64,000 bases of DNA, from positions 4,486 to 68,485 of the forward strand of contig JAHFOO010000004.1 of NCBI GenBank assembly GCA_023261645.1, given 5' to 3'. Under the pieces are notes generated by a model that had not been told where the DNA came from, ran no database searches, and saw nothing but the letters and a program-made list of their open reading frames with translations. Of this stretch, positions 48,858-58,503 are shown piece by piece. Position 1 is the first letter of the stretch, and every line of letters begins with the position of its first letter. Origin of the DNA: Candidatus Moraniibacteriota bacterium. Its GTDB lineage: Bacteria > Patescibacteriota > Minisyncoccia > Moranbacterales > UBA1568. The position numbers and the translations under genes are program-made.

Positions 48858-49256
48858 ATGTTGAAATCTCTCGTGAAACGTATACCGTTTATTGATGGCC
48901 CTCCAATCATATTCACACATGAGGAGGGGGCGTGTTTCTGGAAGAATGGGAAATTCGATGTATCACTGCTCCATCGCAAGATGGCTGAGAAAGCATTGAT
49001 TGTCCTTCTTCGTTACTCTGATGAGATCTACACGGACAATCCTTTTCGGCATCTTCGGCTGAAAAATTCTTCGGTAGAAAAGGCGCCTCGGCGTTTTTGG
49101 GGAAAGTGTCCGATCGGATACCATATCATTCGACTTTGTGTCGTCGGATATGGGAATCAAGAAAAGAACATTTTATTTCGTTTCGTACGTAGCTCGGAGG
49201 AAAATTTCAATGGCTATCTATTCAATCATCCTTCGCGATCTTCGCGTACCAAGTGA
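48858..49256 (+). CDS. hypothetical protein
   Basis: ORF only. Confidence 0.3.
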   Translation: MLKSLVKRIPFIDGPPIIFTHEEGACFWKNGKFDVSLLHRKMAEKALIVLLRYSDEIYTDNPFRHLRLKNSSVEKAPRRFWGKCPIGYHIIRLCVVGYGNQEKNILFRFVRSSEENFNGYLFNHPSRSSRTK

Positions 49257-49468
49257 CTCATCAGGGAGGGATATCGTTTACGGGTCTGTCGCACATGTTG
49301 CTTCAGACTCGTTTTCTTTGATAGGCTGTTTACAAGTGTTTTTATCAAAAGATTAGTGTTTTTTATCTGTAAGTGCGGTTTTACAAAATGGTGAAGGAAA
49401 GGTAGAATAGAGTTTATCATTCTATACGCATCACGATGATAATGTGGCGTTTTCATTCGTAAAGAACA

Positions 49469-50011
49469 ATGATGGGAAAGAGGACCCGTGAAAAAAAATT
49501 CTTTTTACTCTATGAGAGTCAGGCAGACGCTCTTTTTCGTTTTGTTTTCTTTCGGGTGAGCGATCGTGAGGGAGCCAAAGACATCGTTCAAGATACTTTT
49601 CTCAAGATGTGGGAGGTGCTCGATTCGAGTCGGAAAATAGAGAATGAGAGAGCTTTCCTTTTCCGCATCGCCTCCAATCTGGTCATCGATCGGTATAGGA
49701 AATCGAAAGAATACTCTTTGAACAGTCTCACTGAACAGGGTTTCGATGTCCCAGATGATCCAGGCACACCGATCGAAACACAGATCGATGCCGATACGAC
49801 GCTTGAGTTCCTGCAGGATATTCCGGAAAAATATCGTGAAGCGGTATGGCTTCGTATGGTGGAAGAATGGTCTGTGAGAGACATTGCTGAGCTTTCGAAT
49901 GAGTCTGAGAATGTCATATCGGTACGTATTCATCGCGGACTCAAGTTGTGGCGGAAGCGAGTGAGTGAGGAATTTGGTAAGAAATCACGTCCTGAAACGT
50001 CAGAAGAATGA
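49469..50011 (+). CDS. ECF-type RNA polymerase sigma factor (sigma-70 regions 2 and 4)
   Basis: region 2 (ALFRFVFFRVSDREGAKDIVQDTFLKMW) and region 4 HTH (WSVRDIAELSNESENVISVRIHRG). Confidence 0.8.
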   Translation: MMGKRTREKKFFLLYESQADALFRFVFFRVSDREGAKDIVQDTFLKMWEVLDSSRKIENERAFLFRIASNLVIDRYRKSKEYSLNSLTEQGFDVPDDPGTPIETQIDADTTLEFLQDIPEKYREAVWLRMVEEWSVRDIAELSNESENVISVRIHRGLKLWRKRVSEEFGKKSRPETSEE

Positions 50012-50053
50012 AAGAGAGCCAGTTCAAAATCTGATGTCGAGAGAAAAGTTTCT

Positions 50054-50073
50054 GATTTCGAGACCTGCCTGCC
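50054..50073. repeat. perfect 20-nt palindrome CCTGCCTGCCGGCAGGCAGG (short-form repeat) after sigma-factor gene
   Basis: exact palindrome centred on CCGG. Confidence 0.8.
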
Positions 50074-50231
50074 GGCAGGCAGGTGAAAATTATGCAGAGT
50101 GCGAAGGCCTATCGCGTGATAAGCCGACAATCGATAAGTAATTTTCAGCCGAAATCAGGTACTTTTATACGACAAGTAGTATTTATTTTTTTAGCCTATA
50201 CATTCAGATTTTTAACTGGCTCTAGAACGTT

Positions 50232-51092
50232 ATGAATGAAAATGAGCAAAAAATGAATATCGGACAAGAAGAACGCAAGGCGTTCGTTTCGCTTCGTTCA
50301 CGATCGCTTTTGAGAGAGGAAAAGGATATGATGCGACAGGCGTTGCAGACATTGATACATCGATCCGGGATGATCGGCACCCCGGTTCCGAGAGGAATCT
50401 TCGCTTCTTTTTTGAACCGATCATTTGCCGTTTCAGCAAGTGCTCTGGCGCTTATCATCGGGAGCAGCCTTGGTGTCGCGAGAGCTGCAGAAAATTCGCT
50501 CCCGGGCCAGACCCTCTATCCGGTGAAAATAAATGTCAATGAATCGGTGATAGGGAGCTTCAAACGTTCTGATACGGCACGTGCGGATTGGGAACGGGAG
50601 CGGGCAGGACGGAGAATTACTGAAGCAGAAACACTCGCAGAGGAAGGGAAGTTGGGAGATAAAGAAAAAAATGAGATAGAACGACATCTTTCGGAGAATC
50701 GAAAATCATTTGAGGAAATTGAAGGACGAACGGTCTCTGATGATGAATTTTTTCCACAACAGATAAAAGGAGAAACGAAGAAAATCAATGTACGTGTCGA
50801 GCATACTGAAAATAAAGAATTTGTTCATATCGATGAACGGGAAGAGACGAAGAGTGATGAAACAAAAGAGAAAGGGAATGGTTTCGTTGACACGGAAGAG
50901 TTTCATGAATCCTTCGGTGGATATACGGAACAAGGAACAAAAATAGAAAAAGAAAAGAAGACGGGAGATAAGCCTGATTCAAAGAATCGGTTCACCGAAA
51001 TGTCATCTTCGAAGGCAGAGGAGGTGTCGAAAGACAAGAGTATCGACAAAAAGGTTGATCCATCCGAAAAAATCGATTTACAAGACAAATGA
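50232..51092 (+). CDS. single-pass membrane protein with K/E-rich extracytoplasmic tail; putative anti-sigma factor
   Basis: position after ECF sigma gene, one TM helix (FAVSASALALIIGSSLGVA); no domain recognised. Confidence 0.35.
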   Translation: MNENEQKMNIGQEERKAFVSLRSRSLLREEKDMMRQALQTLIHRSGMIGTPVPRGIFASFLNRSFAVSASALALIIGSSLGVARAAENSLPGQTLYPVKINVNESVIGSFKRSDTARADWERERAGRRITEAETLAEEGKLGDKEKNEIERHLSENRKSFEEIEGRTVSDDEFFPQQIKGETKKINVRVEHTENKEFVHIDEREETKSDETKEKGNGFVDTEEFHESFGGYTEQGTKIEKEKKTGDKPDSKNRFTEMSSSKAEEVSKDKSIDKKVDPSEKIDLQDK

Positions 51093-51238
51093 GATTAAAA
51101 AGAAAATAGTCACGAACCGAAGAACGGAAGCGATGGACAGAAAGGCTGATTGAGATTGAAATTTCATGGAAAGAGGATATGGCGTAAGATTTTCTATCGA
51201 GTAACGTCTCAAGTAGTGTAACCAGTAAAAATAGCACT

Positions 51239-51718
51239 ATGAAGATGAATAAAAACGTTATGGGGTTGGCAGTAGCAGTCGTCGGCCTTACTGCCGTGTC
51301 TCAGGCGCCTGCTGTCTTTGCTCAGTCAGAGACGAACAATCGGTCGGAACGCAGTCCTATTGCTGTGGCATCCGTAGCCATCAGTGAAGCGACGGCGGTT
51401 GCGACTGCTCAAGGGAAACTTGCCGGCACGGTCAAGAAAACGCATCTTGACAGATATCACGGCAAAGCCACCTGGAAGATTCGTATCCTCTCGACTGATG
51501 GTTTGACGAGAGGCGATTTCCGGATTGATGCTACGACCGGTCTCATCGTCCAATCCAAGATTAGGCAGATCGGGAAAAATCATCTCAGCCAGACAGAGAG
51601 ACTTGCGATGAAGATTGAGAGGGAAAAATCGCATCTTCTTGAAAAACAGCACAAATTCGAGATGAAGATGGAATTGAAAAAGCAACATCAGGAATTGAAA
51701 GGACATTCGTCCAACTAA
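51239..51718 (+). CDS. secreted PepSY-domain protein
   Basis: signal peptide; ISEATAVATAQGKLAGTVKKTHLDRYHGKATWKIRILSTDG...RIDATTGLI PepSY pattern. Confidence 0.55.
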   Translation: MKMNKNVMGLAVAVVGLTAVSQAPAVFAQSETNNRSERSPIAVASVAISEATAVATAQGKLAGTVKKTHLDRYHGKATWKIRILSTDGLTRGDFRIDATTGLIVQSKIRQIGKNHLSQTERLAMKIEREKSHLLEKQHKFEMKMELKKQHQELKGHSSN

Positions 51719-51874
51719 AGAGACCATAAAGTGCATCGAGAGAAAACCACGGATAATTTCCGTGGTTTTAGGCTTATGCTTGCCTTTTTCAGAGAGGAGT
51801 GTATGCTTGAGGTGGTAAAGGAAAATTACCACATTGGTTTTTTAAAATTTTGAGTAAAGAGAAGGAGTATTACT

Positions 51875-53443
51875 GTGAAAAAATCACTGGCAATCAATCA
51901 TGGAACGCAAGTTATCTCTTCCAAGACGGCCGTAAAAGCATCGAAACGAACTATTCCTGCCAAAACGGTCGCGAAGGAGGAGCCATCCAGGCTCGTCAAA
52001 GATCTGTTGGAAAAGAAAGGTCGTTTCAATCCGACGAAATTGTTCATTCTAGACACCAACGTTTTGATGCACGATCCGATGAGCTTGTTCCGTTTCGAGG
52101 AACACGATGTCTTCATCCCGATGATGGTGTTGGAAGAACTTGATGCCAACAAGAAAGGAGTATCGGAAGTGGCTCGCAATGCGAGACAAGTGAGTCGTAC
52201 CTTCGATGAGATCATCTCCGGCCATGAGGACATAAATATGAAAGACGGTATCGAACTTTCCGTCCGATCAAAAGGTCAGGCGACTGGACGACTCTTTTTT
52301 CAGACTGAGGCGATTGATGTCGCTTTACCGGCGATGTTGCCGACTGCCAAGGCCGACAATCAGATCATCGGCGTAGTCATATATCTCAAGGAAAAATATC
52401 CGAAACGTGAAGTGATTTTGGTGTCGAAAGACATCAATATGCGGATCAAGGCCAAAGCTCTCGAACAGGTTGCACAGGATTACTTCAATGATCAGGTATT
52501 GGAGGATACCGATTTGCTCTATGCCGGCGCATCAGAATTGCCATCGAATTTCTGGGAAATGTGTGGTAAGCGTATGAAGTCCTGGAAGGAAGATGGTCAG
52601 ACATTCTATGATGTCAAAGGATCGTTCTGCTCAGGACTGCTCATAAACGAGCTTGTCTGGGAGGATGGTGATCATCCATTTCGCGCCATCGTGTGTGGGC
52701 GTGTCGGTCAGAGTGCCATTCTTCGGACGTTTCGGGATTATACCGCTCGTAAGAACAATGTCTGGGGCATTACGGCACGCAATCGTGAACAAAGTTTTGC
52801 TCTGAGTTTGCTAATGGATCCGGAGATTGATTTTGTTTCTCTTTCAGGACAGGCAGGTACCGGTAAGACGCTTATGACACTGGCGGCCGCGCTTGAACAG
52901 ACACTCACCAAGAAGTTGTACAGCGAGATCATCTTCACTCGTGTGACGATACCGGTTGGTGAAGATATCGGCTTTTTGCCCGGTACGGAAGAAGAAAAAA
53001 TGGCTCCGTGGATGGGTGCGTTGGATGACAATCTCGATGTGCTTGGTGCGGGTAGCGATCATGATGGACAGAAAGATGGTGAAGCCAAACACTCATCTGA
53101 TTGGAGCAGAGCGGCGACAGGAGATCTGATCCGTTCGCGTCTCAAAATAAAGTCACTCAACTTTATGCGTGGACGCACCTTCATCAATAAGTTCGTCATC
53201 ATCGATGAAACGCAGAATCTGACACCCAAGCAGATGAAAACGCTCATCACACGCGCCGGACCAGGGACGAAGGTGGTCTGTCTCGGCAATATCGCGCAGA
53301 TTGATACACCTTACCTCACGGAAGGGAGTTCCGGGTTGACGTATGTCGTCGAGCGTTTCAAAGGGTGGCTACACGGCGGGCATATAACGCTTCTGCGCGG
53401 TGAACGCTCGCGTTTGGCTGATTACGCCACTGAAGTACTCTGA
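51875..53443 (+). CDS. PIN-domain-containing PhoH-like ATPase (YlaK family)
   Basis: N-terminal PIN (FILDTNVLMHDP, acidic residues), C-terminal PhoH P-loop SGQAGTGKT. Confidence 0.85.
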   Translation: MKKSLAINHGTQVISSKTAVKASKRTIPAKTVAKEEPSRLVKDLLEKKGRFNPTKLFILDTNVLMHDPMSLFRFEEHDVFIPMMVLEELDANKKGVSEVARNARQVSRTFDEIISGHEDINMKDGIELSVRSKGQATGRLFFQTEAIDVALPAMLPTAKADNQIIGVVIYLKEKYPKREVILVSKDINMRIKAKALEQVAQDYFNDQVLEDTDLLYAGASELPSNFWEMCGKRMKSWKEDGQTFYDVKGSFCSGLLINELVWEDGDHPFRAIVCGRVGQSAILRTFRDYTARKNNVWGITARNREQSFALSLLMDPEIDFVSLSGQAGTGKTLMTLAAALEQTLTKKLYSEIIFTRVTIPVGEDIGFLPGTEEEKMAPWMGALDDNLDVLGAGSDHDGQKDGEAKHSSDWSRAATGDLIRSRLKIKSLNFMRGRTFINKFVIIDETQNLTPKQMKTLITRAGPGTKVVCLGNIAQIDTPYLTEGSSGLTYVVERFKGWLHGGHITLLRGERSRLADYATEVL

Positions 53444-53516
53444 AGAAAAGAGGAAAATGAAACCGCATACGAGAGAATATCTTGTATGCGGGTTTTTTTA
53501 TGAGCCTGATCATCTC

Positions 53517-54086
53517 TCAATCTATCTCCTCTTTTATCGTTTTAATTTCACGAAGCAATTCCTCGAGCGTATTTTTGATATGTTCGATTTTTTGGATGTC
53601 GTGCGTGCGATCGGCCGTGTATTCCTGATCATCTCTTTCTCTCTCCTCTCCGAGATCGTCGATGTCTCCGGATATTTCATTCACATCTTCGCTGATTCCT
53701 TTGACATTCTCATGGATATGGTCGATGTCTTTGGATATTTCTTCGACATCTTCCGAAATATCATCTACATCTTCCGAAATATCTTCGACATCTTCGCTGA
53801 CCTGGGCAAGTTTATGCGCATGATGATTGACGGTCATCTGGATGAAGATGGAGAGATAGATTGCCTCGAGTGAAACGACGGTTGTCAGAATAAGCATAAT
53901 CTGGTCGAATCCGTACCCGAACCATTGCAATGCGAAAATCCCCACGAAGAAAAAAGAATGGAGTATCAGCGAGATGGGGGAGCCGACATATCGAGGAGCT
54001 TCGAGGGCGATGCGTTCGAGGAGAGGTTTCTTTTGATTTTTTATTGGGAGCGTTTTCATACTTTCAGTGTAGTTTCTTTTGTGCAT
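53517..54086 (-). CDS. DUF1003-like two-TM membrane protein with seven heptad (I/V)SEDVxx repeats
   Basis: VSLEAIYLSIFIQMTVN region resembles DUF1003; VSEDVED ISEDVDD ISEDVEE ISKDIDH IHENVKG ISEDVNE ISGDIDD. Confidence 0.5.
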   Translation of the reverse strand: MHKRNYTESMKTLPIKNQKKPLLERIALEAPRYVGSPISLILHSFFFVGIFALQWFGYGFDQIMLILTTVVSLEAIYLSIFIQMTVNHHAHKLAQVSEDVEDISEDVDDISEDVEEISKDIDHIHENVKGISEDVNEISGDIDDLGEERERDDQEYTADRTHDIQKIEHIKNTLEELLREIKTIKEEID

Positions 54087-54229
54087 ATTGGGAAGAGAAC
54101 ACTTCGGTTATTCACATTTTTTTAGACTTTCTTTGTTCAGAGAGTGGAGAAAGAAGGGGTTATGGGTATAGTGAGTCTTTCTCCCGATGATGGTATACTG
54201 TAATTGACAATCTTTCCCCTTTCTTTCTT

Positions 54230-54571
54230 ATGAAAATATTTATCGTATTACTGGTAATAGTTATGGGGCTCACATTCTTTGTGACCTCCAATACCGCTCC
54301 CGTACCGCTTCATTTCTTCACCCTGACGAAAGACATTCCGCTGTCGTACATCTTGGTTTTCCCCATCGGTATCACGCTTCTTCTGTTTTCATTCTACCAT
54401 CTCCTCCAGAGACGGAAGACATATTCGATTATCCGTGATTTGGAAGATGATATCGAGAGCGAACAGAAGAAAGTGCTCGAAATAGTCAAGCGTACGCACG
54501 AACTTGAACTGGAAAATCAGAAACTCAAAATCCGTTTGGGGGGTACTTCTTTCGACGATGATTCTTTATGA
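54230..54571 (+). CDS. LapA-domain (DUF1049)-like small membrane protein
   Basis: two TM helices then charged coiled region, typical LapA/YciS architecture. Confidence 0.45.
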   Translation: MKIFIVLLVIVMGLTFFVTSNTAPVPLHFFTLTKDIPLSYILVFPIGITLLLFSFYHLLQRRKTYSIIRDLEDDIESEQKKVLEIVKRTHELELENQKLKIRLGGTSFDDDSL

Positions 54572-55089
54572 AAGGACTCCTGCTTGCCTTGTGGAAAAAA
54601 CTCAATCTTTCCAAACATTTTCAACTGAATATCATTCGGATATTTCAAGATCAGTTTCTTGTCGGAGTGACCGGGCTTATTTTCAATGAAAAAAATGAAG
54701 TGTTGGTATTCAGACATACCTATAGGCAGAGAGCCTGGAGCTTGCCCGGTGGATATATGAACGGCAAAGAACACCCCAAGGAAGCTTTAACTCGAGAAAT
54801 TATGGAAGAATCCGGATTTACCGTAAGTATCGATTGGAGAATGAAAGTACGTACGGACAGGGAGACGGCACGTCTGGATATTTCGTACATCGGAACGTAC
54901 ATCGGAGGAGCGTTTGTTCCTTCTGAAGAAGTGGTTGAGGCCAGGTTCTGCTCACTGCAAAATCTTCCTCCTATTCGGAGAGATCAGCTGTTCCTCATTG
55001 ATAAAGCACTGGAACAACGAAGACAATTTTTTTCGGATACTTCTTATTCTGACTCCATTTCCGAGCAGAAACACATCGCTCATTTTTGA
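54568..55089 (+). CDS. NUDIX hydrolase
   Basis: Nudix box GGYMNGKEHPKEALTREIMEESGF. Confidence 0.8.
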   Translation: MKGLLLALWKKLNLSKHFQLNIIRIFQDQFLVGVTGLIFNEKNEVLVFRHTYRQRAWSLPGGYMNGKEHPKEALTREIMEESGFTVSIDWRMKVRTDRETARLDISYIGTYIGGAFVPSEEVVEARFCSLQNLPPIRRDQLFLIDKALEQRRQFFSDTSYSDSISEQKHIAHF

Positions 55090-55164
55090 GAAGAGTCTGT
55101 TGTCGAAAATCAAAATAAAAAACAGTCTTTTTTGAGACTGTTTTTTGTAAGAGACCTTCTATGA

Positions 55165-55392
55165 CTAGCGTCTGTAGGTTCTTTTTGTCTCCTCATTGTC
55201 TTCTTTCGTATCTATTTCTCGGAGACGGGCGAGTTCAGCTTCCGGATTCGCAAGGCCGGCAAGAATAGTTTTTTTGTTGAAAGAACGCGCGAGTGGATCA
55301 ACGCCGACTTTCGTTTTATACTCCTGTGCCAACCTTCTCAATTCTTCTTCGGGGGTTTCTTGTGTGAAATCAAATTTGAATTGTTCTGGCAT
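55165..55392 (-). CDS. hypothetical small acidic protein
   Basis: ORF only; terminator-like hairpin upstream on + strand. Confidence 0.3.
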   Translation of the reverse strand: MPEQFKFDFTQETPEEELRRLAQEYKTKVGVDPLARSFNKKTILAGLANPEAELARLREIDTKEDNEETKRTYRR

Positions 55393-55562
55393 AGGAGGGT
55401 TAAAATAGTATGGAATTATGTATCTCTATTATACTCGCATATCCCATTTTTTGTGAAGAGTCTCTACTTAGAAGTCGAACTTCTAAGTACTTCTCAGGAG
55501 GATCTTCCAGAGGAAAAATTTCGTAAAAGATGATAGAATAGAAGAGGAAAGACAATACTCAT

Positions 55563-56309
55563 ATGAAAAAAATTGTTATTGGAATCGTCGGTTTGGTGGT
55601 GGTTTGCGTTTTGCTTATCGTTCTGTTTGGCATATATAAATTCAATTTTACCGATGGTGGTGATGCTGTACCAAAGAATGATGCACCTCTCGGCATTGCC
55701 TGCACGCAAGAAGCGATGATCTGTCCGGATGGTTCGACTGTCGGTCGTACCGGTTCGAAATGTGAATTTGCTCCGTGTCCTTCTTTGTCAGAAAAAAGAA
55801 ACCCATCTGAATTCATAGCGCCACTCGATCGAGCAAGCGAGAGAGTGACCAAGAAGCCATTCGGTATATTAATTGATCGGATGACATCTCCAGTGCAACC
55901 GGAACGGTTCAGCGGTTATCACACCGGGACTGATTTTGAAACATTTTCTGAGGAACAAGCTATCGATGTTTCTATTCGAGCTGTGTGTACTGGAACGATC
56001 ATTGAGAAAAAACAGGCCACAGGTTATGGCGGGGTGATCGTAGAGCGTTGTCAAAAGGATGCTGAAACGGTAACGGTTGTGTATGGACATTTGGCCCTTA
56101 AAAGTATCGGAGCGAGAGTCGGAGAAACGATAGAGCAAGGAAGTATCGTCGGTGTACTTGGAGCAGCGAAAAGTGCGGAGACGGACGGTGAGCGTAAGCA
56201 TCTCCATCTCAGTATTCACAAAGGCTCCCAAGTTGATATTCACGGATATGTTTCTTCACAGAAAGAACTCGGCCAGTGGATCGATCCCTGTCTGTTTGTA
56301 TGTAAATAG
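55563..56309 (+). CDS. M23-family (LytM-like) metallopeptidase, membrane anchored
   Basis: HTGTDF (HxxxD) and GHLHLSIH (HxH) motifs; N-terminal TM. Confidence 0.8.
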   Translation: MKKIVIGIVGLVVVCVLLIVLFGIYKFNFTDGGDAVPKNDAPLGIACTQEAMICPDGSTVGRTGSKCEFAPCPSLSEKRNPSEFIAPLDRASERVTKKPFGILIDRMTSPVQPERFSGYHTGTDFETFSEEQAIDVSIRAVCTGTIIEKKQATGYGGVIVERCQKDAETVTVVYGHLALKSIGARVGETIEQGSIVGVLGAAKSAETDGERKHLHLSIHKGSQVDIHGYVSSQKELGQWIDPCLFVCK

Positions 56310-56339
56310 CCCACAGTGTAATATTTTTTTGTTATAAAT

Positions 56340-56591
56340 ATGCCAACACTCCTTATTGATGTACGAACAAAAGAAGAGTATGAAGAACACCACGCAGTTG
56401 ATGCGGTGAATATTCCCGTTGAAGAAATATGTGATGGAAAACTTGGTGTCCTCGAAAATGTAGGAAAAGACACTCCTCTTCATCTCTATTGCCGGTCAGG
56501 CGCTCGTTCGGAAAAAGCGGAAGAGATGCTTCGTTCATTCGGCTATACTGATGTCGTGAACCTCGGTGGGTTGGGTGATAGGGTAATTTGA
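56340..56591 (+). CDS. single-domain rhodanese-like sulfurtransferase
   Basis: active-site loop CRSGARS. Confidence 0.8.
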   Translation: MPTLLIDVRTKEEYEEHHAVDAVNIPVEEICDGKLGVLENVGKDTPLHLYCRSGARSEKAEEMLRSFGYTDVVNLGGLGDRVI

Positions 56592-56672
56592 TGAATGAGG
56601 AAATTTGACTCCCTGGTGTATAATAGAAGTGTCATTCACCCAGTTAAATAATTTTAAATTTTTAACTAAAAT

Positions 56673-56927
56673 ATGTACTATGTATATGTGTTGTTCAGTA
56701 AAAAAGATAGCAAAAGATATATAGGGTATATTAATAATTTAAAATTAAGATTTGAGCACCATCAGAAAGGAAAGGTGGAATCTACAAAAAATAGGCGACC
56801 ACTAAGTCTTATTTACTACGAAGCATGTCTGAACCAACAGGATGCTACCTATCGGGAAAAGTATCTAAAGACTTATCATGGGAGTATGTTTATAAAAAAG
56901 AGGCTCAAATCTTATTTAACGGGGTAA
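56673..56927 (+). CDS. small GIY-YIG nuclease-family protein (paralog of 14182 gene)
   Basis: YVYVLFSKKDSKRYIGYINNLKLRFEHH...REKYLK; 84 aa. Confidence 0.7.
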   Translation: MYYVYVLFSKKDSKRYIGYINNLKLRFEHHQKGKVESTKNRRPLSLIYYEACLNQQDATYREKYLKTYHGSMFIKKRLKSYLTG

Positions 56928-56931
56928 ACAT

Positions 56932-57333
56932 ATGAAAAAGGGATACTATGGCAATATTGAAAAATTGACGCTCGCGAATGAGAATTTTCGCCAGGTTCTG
57001 TATACTGCCGAACATTGTCAGCTGGTACTGATGTCACTTTTGCCAGGTGAAGAAATCGGTCTTGAGACGCACACTGGAAATGATCAGTTCTTACGTTTTG
57101 AAAAAGGGGAGGGAAAAGTCATCATTGATGAGACAGAATATGTCGTCGGAGACGGTGACAGTGTCATCGTTCCTTCCGGGGCACGGCACAATGTCGTGAA
57201 TACCAGCGCAACAGAATCACTCAAACTCTATACGATCTATGCTCCTGCACATCACCAGGATGGGATGGTGCGTGCGACCCGCGCTCTCGCCGTAGCCGAT
57301 GACCCCGAGTTTGATGGCAAAACGACAGAATAA
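56932..57333 (+). CDS. cupin-domain protein
   Basis: cupin motifs G(X)5HXH-like ... GDSVIVPSGARHNV. Confidence 0.7.
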   Translation: MKKGYYGNIEKLTLANENFRQVLYTAEHCQLVLMSLLPGEEIGLETHTGNDQFLRFEKGEGKVIIDETEYVVGDGDSVIVPSGARHNVVNTSATESLKLYTIYAPAHHQDGMVRATRALAVADDPEFDGKTTE

Positions 57334-57426
57334 TGATATCATAGAAAAGAGAGAGGATAGCTGAATCGGTTTTTCGTCTCTCTACAATATAACGGGTATT
57401 CCCCGATCTTACCGGCACTGCGTTCG

Positions 57427-57520
57427 CCTGCCTGCCGGTAGGCAGGAAAACGAGAGTAAACTTTCGTTTCACTCACTTCCCTGTCTGCCGATTTATCTGC
57501 CGTAGGCACGACAGGCAGGG
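57427..57520. repeat. compound locus of palindromic repeats: short form CCTGCCTGCCGGTAGGCAGG plus inverted long form, separated by a hairpin
   Basis: 57427-57446 short form; 57480-57520 reverse-complement of long form seen at 9521 and 42183. Confidence 0.8.
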
Positions 57521-57567
57521 TTTGGTAATAAAAATTCATTGAGAGGGATATTTTGGTTTGAATACAT

Positions 57568-57948
57568 ATGCGACACCGTTCTTTGAAGGCGAGGAAACTT
57601 TTCGATTATTGGTCTATGCCACACTTTCTTTTTGGTACCGTGTCGGCGCTTTTCACCGTCACTTTTTTGTTGCCGGTGGTATATATGTTCTTTGTGACAC
57701 TCTACTTGTCCATCTTCTGGGAGCTCCTGGAGATGCGTTTCAGACTTCATGAAGCCAAAGGGAACAGTGGTATGGACGTACTTCTTGCTCTGTTTGGTTT
57801 CGGCAGCACCTTCATCTTCGCGGATCGTATCAACGCAAATGTAGGGAATCAGAGTTCGCTTCTGATCATTACGGGCATTCTTTTTCTGTGTTTGAATTTT
57901 TTCGCATGGCGGGCTCGCTTCGAGCATGATGGTGAGTTCCAAGGATGA
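57568..57948 (+). CDS. hypothetical small membrane protein (3-4 TM)
   Basis: ORF with hydrophobic helices; alternative start 57619. Confidence 0.4.
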   Translation: MRHRSLKARKLFDYWSMPHFLFGTVSALFTVTFLLPVVYMFFVTLYLSIFWELLEMRFRLHEAKGNSGMDVLLALFGFGSTFIFADRINANVGNQSSLLIITGILFLCLNFFAWRARFEHDGEFQG

Positions 57949-57975
57949 TCATTTATGTATAGTATATAAAAATAT

Positions 57976-58362
57976 ATGGAAAACGCTGAAATTTGGAAAA
58001 AGAAGAGAGTATGTATCATCGATGATAATGAGGACATCCGTTCGATATACCGTATGAAGTTTGATATGGAAGGCTTTGATGTTTCTCTGGCAATCAATGG
58101 TGAGGAGGGACTACGAGTCATCCGTGAGACCAAACCGGATGCCATCTTGCTCGATATAGAGATGCCTGTGAAGAATGGCATAGAAGTCCTGCAGGAACTC
58201 CGTCAAGACCCTCTTCTTATGAAAATTCCTGTCATTATGTTGACCAATCAGGATAATGAAGAAGCATTCAAAACAGTCGGAGAATTCAATACTCGTTTTT
58301 ATATCGTCAAATCACTTACCACCCCGCAGAAAGTCGTCGATCTCGTACGAGAAGCCTTGTAA
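57976..58362 (+). CDS. stand-alone response-regulator receiver (CheY-like REC) protein
   Basis: DD pair, phospho-acceptor D in LLDIEMP, conserved K; no output domain, no kinase adjacent. Confidence 0.8.
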   Translation: MENAEIWKKKRVCIIDDNEDIRSIYRMKFDMEGFDVSLAINGEEGLRVIRETKPDAILLDIEMPVKNGIEVLQELRQDPLLMKIPVIMLTNQDNEEAFKTVGEFNTRFYIVKSLTTPQKVVDLVREAL

Positions 58363-58503
58363 GTACGGAGTGGAATAATAGATATATTCTATGTAAAATC
58401 GACATCTGTCGATTCTTTTTACTTTTCCCACAGCATAGCATTTTATCATTTTGGTTTTATGTAGGCATTTTCTGTGATATACTGAAAAAAAATACAGAAA
58501 GAA

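Noticed and set aside
56610-56625. ccctggtg upstream of the second GIY-YIG gene matching the tRNA-Leu acceptor stem (possible second tRNA remnant)
   Set aside because: It is only an 8-nt match, and about 2 such matches are expected by chance in 64 kb. No D-arm continuation.
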